DNA from: Vitrella brassicaformis CCMP3155
Lineage: Eukaryota; Protista; Chromerida
Length of the DNA: 45,391 bases
Assembly: GCA_001179505.1 (NCBI GenBank)
Contig: CDMY01000597.1
Location: 1 to 45,391 of the forward strand
Direction: 5' to 3'
Shown: one piece after another, positions 22,800 through 32,190 of the stretch
Layout of the letters: the number at the start of each line of letters is the position of its first letter
How positions within the stretch are numbered: the first letter of the stretch is position 1
Made by a program: the position numbers and the translations under genes
Notes under the pieces: model-generated
What the model saw: the letters and a program-made list of their open reading frames with translations, nothing else
What the model was told of the DNA's origin: nothing
Database searches by the model: none

Positions 22800-24180
22800 T
22801 TGGTTATTTTTTCTCTTTGCTCTCTTAATTGCTGGGGGTGCCATTTGCTCATTTTTGTGCTGGTTTTCTCTCTTTCTTGCTGCTACCACTGTACTGTTTG
22901 TTGTCCGTTGCTCGCTTTTTGGCTTTACTGAGCTATTGTACTTGCTGCCCTCTTCTGCTCCTTTCTACTGCACTACCTCACACGGCTGCTGATATGCATA
23001 TCGGTAAGAGAGAGACAAAGAGAAAGCAGAACAACAAACGCACGTCTCCTTGCACTGTGTGTGCTTCTGTGTATGTGCCAGATTTGCTTCCCTTTGTGAG
23101 ATTGCTTCTACTGCTCTTGCGCCCTTTTTGCTGCGCTGCTGTACTGTTTGTTCTCTTGTGCCGTTCCCTTTCCGCTTGCTGAGCTACTTGCTGTGCTCTC
23201 CTTCTTTGCTCCTTTCCACTGTACTGCCCCATCTGCTGCTGATATGCACACGTACGGGTGAGAAATAGAGAAAGAGAAAAGCCGAAAACACAAACACGAA
23301 AATCTCCCTGCCTGTCGGTGTGTTCTGTATGTCAGGTTTTCAACTTTCCGCTGTTGTGTTACCGGTGCTTCTTCCTGCATGCCATTTTGGTGAGACATCA
23401 TCACAGACAGGTCGCAATTCGCTGCACAGACAGACAGACAGGCATCGCTTGCCTGCCTTGTGTGTCTCATACCTGCAGGTGCATCCATCCGTTTGTCTTG
23501 CTTCTCCGCTACTTTGTTGCTTGCCTCTTACGTTGCTTCGAAGGTGAGAGACTCCATAACGAACGAGAAGGCAGCTTCGTATTCCGCTGGCATTCCTATG
23601 TGTCAGGTCTTTGCTCCTTTTTGTGCCTTGCTGCTCTGTTTCTTTCTCTGCTCTTGTTGCTCTTGCCTCCATGCTCCTTTCTCTTCGCTCTGGTGAGGCA
23701 GCGACTTGGACAGAAATGCGTGGTCATAGCTTATGATCGATCTGCCGGTGATGGGTGTGGTGTGTGTGCAGCTCATTTGGGCTTCTCGGCGCTGTTCTGT
23801 GGCAGCTGAGACGGCCATCAGTAGGAGAGACACACATAAATTAAAGAACGACAAGCATACGGCTCGTTGTATGTCTGCGTATTCATCAGATTTGCTCCTT
23901 CTTGTGACTTCATTGCTGTCATTGTCTTGGCGAAATCACGACAGACTTGCTTGGTGAGACATCATCATAGACAGGGCTCCACCCATCGTCACATGACTGT
24001 CGCGTCTCCATGCAGCTTGTATGGGGATTCTGGGGCTTCTGGTTCTCTTTGTTTGGGCGTCTTCTACTTTGCTCGCCTTTCACCGTGAGTCAGCACAGAT
24101 GAGCGAAAAACAAGGAGTTATGCTGTTTGCATTTCTAGGTGTCAGATTTGCTCCCTTTCTTCCTGTGCTGAGGGTCGACA
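22800..24180 (+). repeat. A-poor (T/C-rich) region built of duplicated exon-intron-like units
   Basis: Similar blocks at about 22886-23025 and 23138-23280; ttggtgagacatcatca(c/t)agacagg at 23387-23411 and 23951-23975 (24/25 identical); cagatttgc motif near 23078, 23887 and 24143; repeated GT...(TG)n...CAG intron-like segments. Confidence 0.7.
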
Positions 24181-24213
24181 TACACAAAGCCCATGTTCTC
24201 GCCACTCAATCCA

Positions 24214-25694
24214 TCAATCGACCTCAAATGCATCAACCCTGCCCACTATCTCCCCCACACAACACTCATCCCCGCCACCACCTCCGCGTGTTGCCTCCCA
24301 AAACCGACCAAGCCCCCGCACAATCGGATGATCGGCCGTAAGGGCCGACTTGCGCACCCACGATGCAAACGGGGCTCCTTGCTGCTGGGTGAAGGCCTGC
24401 TTGGCTCTCTGGTAGTCGGGTGCCTGGTCCTTGAGGGCGATATAGGTGACGGGGGAGGGAGAGGGGGAGGGGGGGTTGAGTCTGCGTCGCTTGTCTTGAT
24501 GGCAGGGGGCTGGTGAGGCGTCGGTCGGCTGCTGATGCATGAGGGAACGCGCTGCCCTCGCCATGCTGGCCTTGCTCAGAGACGACACCTGAGTACACAC
24601 ATGGGCAGACACATCGCACACGGGATTTCTGCAAACGCCACGATTAGTTCCAAACGTATCACATACGTACGTACCAGGTGCGATCCGTCCTTTGGACCCT
24701 TCTTGCGGCTGCCCTGCAGCGTCCCCTCAGCACCAATCACCACCTCGCTCACTGGGCTGCCTCCCTGATGTGGCAAGGGCGCCCGCCACACGATGGACAG
24801 ACCTGACGTGGCCACGTCGCCATGCAAAGCACGCTCCATCGCTGCCTGACTCCTGCAACCACTCACAGACACACAGAGAATAGATCGTCTCAGGCGTGTG
24901 TCTTGTCGCCTGTCTCGCCAATGGGCACCTTTCATACTCCACACATGTCCGCTGCACCCTAATCATCTGTCCACCGTGCCCCCCTCCCCGCCTCACGAGC
25001 GCCTCAACCACCACGACCTCGTCAAACAGCTCCCCTCCGATGGTTAGTGAGGCCATGTGGATGGAGTGGGCCAGGAATAGGGATGGCAGGGCGCCCTGCC
25101 AGCCGATGGAATTCCATCTGCAGAGCTTGTCGGAGCAGCTGATGGACAGGGTGCGGCGGGCGGGGGGTAGGTCGCTTCGGCCTGGTTTGAATCGCAGGAT
25201 CCCTCGGCGATGGAAGGCGTCACCCTTACCCTTCTGATGACCACACACAAAAGACAAGACAACCAACGCAATCAATCAAATCACCCGGTCCACCACCCCT
25301 TTCTCCCTCTGTGTGCCTTCATTCCCTACTCACAGGATCATCCTCATGCGCACACACCGCCTTCGCGCCCGTCCTATTAAAGTCATCAACAGCAGCACCA
25401 GCATCAGCAGCATCACTGCCGTTGCTCTTGTTCTTCTTCCGGGCCAGCGAGCCCGTCACCGAGCGGATTGGCACCATGGCGGCCTCGCCACACGGCAGCT
25501 GCGACACGTAGAAGTGCAGACGCAGGTCGCTCCGAATGGCGTATAGGCCGTCGGGCTGGCGAGTGAGCAGCAGCGAGGGAGGGGAGGGAGGGAAGTCAGT
25601 GTCATCACCCGTCGAGGAGGAGGAACCCATGTGAAAGGCCAATTCATCCAGAAGCCGCCTGCCGACACCAAGCACGGTGAATGAATCGTCTGTC

Positions 25695-25725
<31 letters not shown>

Positions 25726-26133
25726 TTGTTTGCTTGTTTGCTGACTGAACTGAACTGACCTCTTGAGAGCCCTTCTGGCCAGCACCTCTGCGTGGCAGTC
25801 GTGCAGCTTGGTGCCCTGTACGTCCAACTTGCCCACACCGACGCACCGAGAGCCCGTTGCCAAAGTGACCACTGAAAGAGCCGATGAAGGCGTGTGCTCC
25901 GCCACAATCGCCGCGAGGACCGTCCACTCTTTGCCTGACATTCATGAGGACCACACGACAGCAGAGCATGACATGAATCACAGACTCACAAACAAAGATC
26001 TGTGTGTGAGTGCCATACATAATGATTAGCTCGTGCGTGCAGTGCAGTACATGCCTTGTGGTTTGCCCCGTCCGGGCAGCTTCTTCAATTGGTCCACCAC
26101 TGTGCTGGCGATGGCATCTGGGTCGGCACCCAT
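24214..26133 (-). CDS. ADAT1: tRNA-specific adenosine deaminase 1 (ADAT1/Tad1), multi-exon
   Basis: MGADPDAIASTVVDQLKKLPGRGKPQ|GKEWTVLAAIV, LATGSRC, LHDCHAEVLARR, YVSQLPCGEA, RTGAK, RFKPGR, SISCSDKLCRWN..GWQGAL, and C-terminal TY..LK..A.DYQRAK..F..WVRK. No dsRNA-binding domains, so ADAT1 rather than ADAR. Confidence 0.88.
24595..24645. repeat. Dispersed 51-bp repeat, copy B, inside the ADAT1 intron 24589-24674
   Basis: 45/51 identical to 20842-20892. Confidence 0.9.
25935..26054 (-). other. GC-AG first intron of ADAT1
   Basis: CAAG|GCATGT...tgtcag|GCAAA gives the conserved GKPQ-G-KEWTVLA. The nearby GT (gtactg) would shift the frame. Confidence 0.75.
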
Positions 26134-26290
26134 CAAACTCGTCAGATCTGCGCTTGTCTAAATCAAGACTGCCTTGCTGATTCATACTGATTCATCGCCG
26201 GGAGGAGAGGCTGCGGGGAGGCAGGACTGGTTAGGGCTGGGCTTAGGATGCGAGCTCCCAACTCACTTCGACGTCAGCGTACCAGCTGAT

Positions 26291-27649
26291 ATGGCGCCCC
26301 GTGACGTCTTTCGGCTCTTCCTCCGCAGCCTCCTCTGCGGCCTCATCTTCGGATTTGCTCTCTGCATGCTCTTCGTCGGCACGATTCTCATACTCGTCGG
26401 CCTCTACATGCTGGGAGTGGAGTTCCCAGAACCACCCAACGTGGTGACGCTTGAAGGTCAGCACGACGGTCACCACCATCAGCAGCAGCAGCAGCAGCAT
26501 GATCTGGAGTGCAAGAGCTGTGGGACGGCAATAGGGCGGTCGGCGGATCTGTACCCGCCGAGGGAGGTGGGAGGGGTGTCGTCCTTTGTGGCTTGGCAGG
26601 AGGGGGCCTATCTGGGTCACGTTACGCAAAACATCGGCGGTGTCAACACCACTGGTCGGTCGGTCGGTCAGCCACCGAGGGAGGGAGGGAGGCAGCACAT
26701 GAGCATCTCTGTCTGTCCATTCCATCGGTTTGTTTCGGTTGTGCTTTGCTTTGCTTTGCTTTGCTTCGTCCACCAGTGTACACGTTTCAGCAGCTGCCGA
26801 GCATCAGCGCCAAGAGGCTGCGGTTCCGGGTTGTGAGATTGAAAGATACAACACACACAAACCTGAGAAAGGTAAGTAAGGACACCCAGACACACAGACA
26901 GACAGACAGACAGACAGACAGACGCCGCCACATGATACCGAATTGTGTGTGTGTACATCTCAGTACGGCCCGTCCCACTCCGATTCGTGGTTCCCGGCCT
27001 ATCGCTGGACAATCGCCGTCTGCCCTGTGTGCGGCAGGCAAATCGGCTGGCACTTCTCACCTAAGGCAGTCAGTAAACACAACCACCAGGAGGCCTTCTA
27101 CGCCATCAACCTTGATGCCATACGCAACCACACCCACGCCACCCGCCACCCCCAGCCCGCCACCTCTACCTATCTGTCAACGTCGGTGGATCGGCTGCAG
27201 CAGAAGATGCGGGAAGACCCCACACTCGCGTCGGTGTTGGGGGGTGCCGCAGTTGCTGGGGGCGGTGGGATGGCCGGGGTGAGCGTTGCTGCCATGGTGC
27301 TGCTGCCGACCGCTGGAATCCCCTCACCTTTCATCGGGTAGGGGGGGTGGCATGTGGTCTAGACTGACTGACTGACTGACTGTCCAGAGAAGCCGCACCG
27401 CCGTGAATCTCTGTGTGTGGTGCGTGTGTCAGGTTTAATCTGTACCTCCGCACGGTGGGCGTCCTGCTGCTCGGCTGTGCGTTGGCGTGTGTGTGTGCGG
27501 CTACCCTGTGGAATGCCAAACCTGTGCTGCGGGCACGTCGGCGGCTGCTGGTGGCCCAGCTGAGCAACGAGGGGGCAAGCGGCAACAACAACAACAGCAA
27601 AGCGCTGCTTCAGTGTTTGCGGGCGGCGGACACCACCAGAAGAAGATAG
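26291..27649 (+). CDS. Cereblon-type CULT domain protein with N- and C-terminal hydrophobic helices
   Basis: N-terminal hydrophobic stretch LFLRSLLCGLIFGFALCMLFVGTILILVGLYMLGV; zinc motifs LECKSCG and CPVCG; signature DSWFPAYRWTIAVCPVCGRQIGWHF; second hydrophobic stretch TVGVLLLGCALACVCAATLW; three GT-AG introns; stop at 27647-27649. Confidence 0.88.
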
Positions 27650-28268
27650 GGCAAGGGGATGCCATGCGTTGTGTATTGTGTGTATTGGTTGTGTACAGGA
27701 GTGTGGTGTGTTCTATCGGTGGGTCGGTCGGTCGGTCGGTCTGTTTGTGTGCGTGTATGTGTGTGGGGCGGGGCCATCCATCGGCGGCATGTCATCTGGA
27801 TGTGTGGATGCGATGCTGGCTGACGGGATGGTGTGTCCTCCGTATTTGTGGTAGCTAGATAGATCATTGCTGGATTGAGTGACTTAGTGAGTGGTCGGTG
27901 TAATTCAGATGTGAGGTTGGGACGTTTTGCTCGTCTTTTGCCCCATCTGGGCGTCCTTCGTGCAGCCGTGTTGGTCGAAGACGGCACACTGGAGTATCCT
28001 CCTCGTTGCAACGAGAGAGGGTCCTTCAGTGAGCCACCGACGGCCAACATGGCCACACGGAACATGTTCCCCACACGACAGACAGAGAGATGGGGGACTC
28101 TTGCCAGTGGATGCGGCAACAGACATTCTAGTGCTCATCAATCACTCCATGTGTTGTGTGTCTCATTCACTGACTCATGGCATGCCACGGTTTGTCATTC
28201 ACTAAAGGCATGGCTGCACACACACACAAATACACACAGCCACACACACACACATTGCCAACCCGCAC

Positions 28269-28298
28269 ATGCAATGCAATGCAATGCAATGCAATGCA
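28269..28298 (+). repeat. (ATGCA)6 pentanucleotide repeat
   Basis: Direct reading; a partial inverted copy gcattgcattgcatt lies at 28472-28486. Confidence 0.9.
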
Positions 28299-28752
28299 GC
28301 TATCAGAAACACCACACCACAGGGGGCACAACAAACCCTAAACCGCCACAAAAGGGGAGGGAGGAATTGGTGCGTCTGAAATGATAGACGGTCAAGTACA
28401 GAGTGTGTGTAAGAGTAGAGAGAGACACAGATAATCTATAGAGGAGACAGACAGACATTGGGGGGCCTGCCGCATTGCATTGCATTTCGCAGAAAGAGAT
28501 AAATAGCATCACACCTGTGGTGTATATGCCTAGACAGTGTGCTCAGATGGACATCATCACATCCATCCATCCATCCAATTTGTGGTACGAGAAAATGTCA
28601 TCGACACGAACAACATCACTGCAGAAACCCCACACAGACAGCCACATACCCACAAACAAGAGCCGAAAGGAAGAAATCAGCTCCCTTTGGCCACATCCCC
28701 TCTCCCTCTCCCTCTCCCTCCCCAACCCACTCAATGCAATGCATCCCTATAC

Positions 28753-29214
28753 TCAGTAGCAGAACTTAGGCCCCGACACCGTCTCAGGCTTGGACCTCTT
28801 CTCAGCGCCCTCAATACGCACCAGACACAGCCCCGACTTCTCGTAGAAGGTGAAAAACCCGCACTTGTCATGCTTCTCGCATCTCGCCCGACACGCCTCC
28901 ACAAAGGCCATGTCCACCAGGTCGTCGGTGTCGGTCTGCTTGGGGATGTCCTCCAGGATCTGTCCCGAAATGCTGCGCCGGAGCTCTTGGAACTGGATGG
29001 CGGATGTGTTTGTGTTGTCATCGTCATCGTCATCGTCGCTGCTGCTGCTGCTGCTGGTGGTGTAGGACATGACGGAGGCCTCTAATAGGTCGCCTGCGCT
29101 CTTTGGGGCGCCGACGTCGAACTCGAAACACCCACATGGCAGATGTGCAGCCGACATGTCAACTAAAGGAACCAACACACATGCACACACACACACACAC
29201 AAGGCCTGTCTATA

Positions 29215-29248
<34 letters not shown>

Positions 29249-30369
29249 GTCACCCACACGCACCTTTGAGTATCTTGGAGGGGTGCATGGCGTCGCCATG
29301 TTTGTCGATGGGCACCGCTCTCAGGTAGACAGTGTCCTCCGTGTCAAGCCCTGCCTCCGCCTTGGCCAGCATTTCCTCCAGCTCCACAATATCCTCAAAA
29401 GCCTTCCTGTCAAGCTGATAGACCACCACCCCCTCTTTCCTCCCCTCATCGTCATCGTCATCGGGATCACCGGCACTGACGTCCGCCAGGTCCTCTGCCG
29501 ACTTTGCCGCGTGTATCTGCCAGTGCTTGATGCCCGTCACGCCGTTGTACGACACGTGCAGGGTCTTCTTGCCGCCGCCGGCGGCGTCGGTGCAAGCGAG
29601 GAGTCGGGGTGGCTGGACGGACTTGCCTCTCCACTTGTCAAGCTTGCCGCGGTAGGCCCGCAGGTGGTGCCCATGCATCTGCCGGACCAGCTTGCCCTGT
29701 GTGTCGACCTCCATCATGATTGGGAGGGGCTCGGGGTCGCTCACCTTGCCGCCACCGGCTGCACACGTCAGAAAGAGGGTGTGTGATTTGTGGTTTGTGG
29801 TTTGTGGTTTGTGGTTTGTTTGCGGTTTACCGATGACGGTGTGTCCGTTGTCGAGGCGCTGTGGGCCGCCGCAGCAGTCGGCGAAGAGGGTCTTCTTGTG
29901 GTCGTACTCCCACACTTTGGTGGCCGTCATGCTGGTCAAGTCCAGCTCGTACTCCACCGCTCGGGAGTAGTTGCGGCCGCCCGGCGCGTCAAGGTCCCAG
30001 TTATCCCACCTGCACACAAACAACCGTCCATTTTGTCTCTCTCGTGTCATATATTCGCCTCACGCAATAATATATCGCTCACATGAGGACATTTCCATTG
30101 CTGAGCTGGTGCGCCTTGTGCTGCAGCCGGAATGGCACCTCAGCGTCGGTGTCGTTGAGGAACTTAAAGTCGCCGTCTTTGCCGCCGAGGCGCCAGAGGA
30201 CCTGGCCGGTCTTGCGGCTGAGGAGCAGCAGCTGGTTGGCCGTCTTGAGGGAGACCAGGATGTTGCCGTCGGGCGAGTACTCGCAGTTGTTGACCGAGTA
30301 CTTGTTGATACCGGTGTCCACGGCGGGGTCAGACACCTCGTGGCTGAAGGCATCCCACGTTCGCCACTG

Positions 30370-30400
<31 letters not shown>

Positions 30401-31923
30401 GGGGAGAGAGGGAGGGGTGTGTGTTGTGTGTGTTCTTGCAGGCCCCATTGGCCACTTGCCTCGAAGATGACGTTGTCGTGTTTGTCGAGCTCCTGGACGA
30501 CCGCTCCGACTGTCTTGCCGTCGTTGAGGCCCCGGTCGTAGATGCAGGTCAGGTAACGGCCGTCCTCAAACACTGTCATGTGGTGATCATCCTATATACC
30601 CACCACAGACAGACATGGCAGACATGACAGAGAGCCCACACACACAAACACACACATACATCCATGTCTTCCTTGGCGTCTGTCTGTCCTCACCTGGAAG
30701 TAGCCATGCCCCGCCCTGCGCGTGGCGACTTCCCTGTAATGGTCGTCGAGCTCCACCCCCTCCCTTGTGGGGTCCATGTGGCCGGGCCACTGCTCATGGC
30801 CCCTCAGGTAGTTGAGGTTGCCATTGGGCTGCACCCGCAGGTCCACCCCCTCCTCACCGTCCTTAAGGCGGTGCCACCACACCAGGTCGCCCTGCCGCGT
30901 CATGATCTGGATGTAAGGCTTGACGAACTGAGTGTTGCAGAACCAGTAGAGAGGCTCGCCGTCGGTGTCGGCCTCTTCGGCGTCGGCGGCCTTGGCCTCC
31001 TTGGAGAGGGTCACGTGCCAGCGGGGGAACTCTCCAGGCAAAGTGCGGTACTTTCTGTTGGGGGTGTCGCCTTGTTTCTCCTCAGAATCGTTGTATTGGG
31101 TGGATGCCGCGCCCTTGAGCTGATGATGCTGATGGTCTGCGTCTGTGCCTGTGTCTGTGTGTCGGGCAAGTTGTCTTCTGGCCTTGGGGGTGCCGCTTCC
31201 CTTGGTGTCCTTGTTGATGGGGATCAGCGCGCCGCTGGCCGTGACCTGGCCAAGCGGCGTGCTGCCTTTGTTGGTTATGGTGAAGGACCACTTGAAGCCG
31301 TCTTGGTAGCCCTTCTCCTCATATCGCGCCAACACGTCGGCCGTGGTATTTTCCACCATGACGCGCAGGCCCGATTTCACCTGCACCTTGACCTTCTCGC
31401 CAGGAATGAAGTGCTTGTGAGGCCTGAAAATGACGGTCTTGCCGTCGGCCGCCAGCCGCAACTCGCCTCGTTTGGTCACATCGCCGCTCTTGCTGCCGGT
31501 GACCCTGAAGACGCCCTGGGAGCCGGCGGCATCAGCAGCGGCCGATGTGGCCATGGCCTTGAAGCTCTTGACGTCGACATTACTGCCTTCGCGTACGGCG
31601 ATGGTGGTCAAGGGCGAGACGACGATGGCGTCCTTGCGGGGGTGAATGTACTCGAAGGGGCCGTAGGGGTGAGTGGTCTTCTCGACGGCCCACACGCCAT
31701 GCTCTATCTTGAAGTCGGCGGGGCCGATCCTGGTGGTCTTCTCGGTGGTGGGCTTCTTGCCGCCGCCCTTGTCGTCGCCAGTGCTGCTGACATCATTGTT
31801 TTCCTTGTGCGGCGTGCTCTTGTCCGAGACTTTCCTGCCCTTGGTGGTGTTTGCCTCAGCTGGTGCCGAGGCGACGCCAGCCAATAGGAGGCAGCCGAGC
31901 GATGCAAGCAGCGGGACTCGCAT
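28753..31923 (-). CDS. Secreted arylsulfotransferase (ASST)-like beta-propeller protein with an N-terminal Ig-like domain and a C-terminal PAN/Apple domain
   Basis: Signal peptide MRVPLLASLGCLLLAGVASA. Ig-like segment IHPRKDAIVVSPLTTI..GKTVIFRPHKHFIPGEKVKV..WSFTI. ASST motifs KYRTLPGEFP, DLRVQPNGNL, DDHHM, DGNILVS..KTGQVLWRLGGKDGDF, FRLQH, SRAVEY, QRLDNGHTVIG, AYR, LHVSYNGVT. Apple segment CFE..ACRARCEKHDKCGFFTFYEKSGLCLVR..SGPKFC*. Exons 31923-30694, 30591-30460, 30366-30083, then from 30009 with two further introns to 28753. Confidence 0.85.
30367..30459 (-). other. GC-AG intron in the ASST-like gene
   Basis: GAG|GCAAGT...(TG)n tcag|TGG gives VIFE-WRTWD, matching the family pattern V.FEW. 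The intron is 93 nt, in frame and stop-free. Confidence 0.75.
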
Positions 31924-32190
31924 CGTCGCCGTGTTATTATTTCGTCCCGACTGGCCGTTGAGCATATATTTCAGTGCAAGTCTGGTCGACTCAACTGCAG
32001 AAGAGCCGTTCGATCATTCCATCGACAAAGGAGGGTTTGTCACGTCACTACACATGCCGTTTGCTGTCATGTCACTCTCGCCCAGGTACGATGGATGCAT
32101 CAACCAAAGATGGACACAGAAAAAACAAAACGCTGCACAGCCGGACGTCGGCAGTGAGACCTTCAGTCAGTCAGTAAATGAGTCAGTCAG

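Noticed and set aside
24214-26133. ADAR-type mRNA editing enzyme
   Set aside because: No dsRNA-binding domains. The N-terminus begins directly with the deaminase domain, as in ADAT1/Tad1.
27610-28119. 169-aa minus-strand ORF between the CULT and ASST genes
   Set aside because: No recognisable motif, partly microsatellite-derived, and no convincing splice link to the ASST gene, which already has a stop at 28753.
28753-31923. Bacterial contamination as the source of the ASST-like gene
   Set aside because: It contains five spliceosomal introns with the same microsatellite style as neighbouring genes and is fused to a eukaryotic Apple domain.
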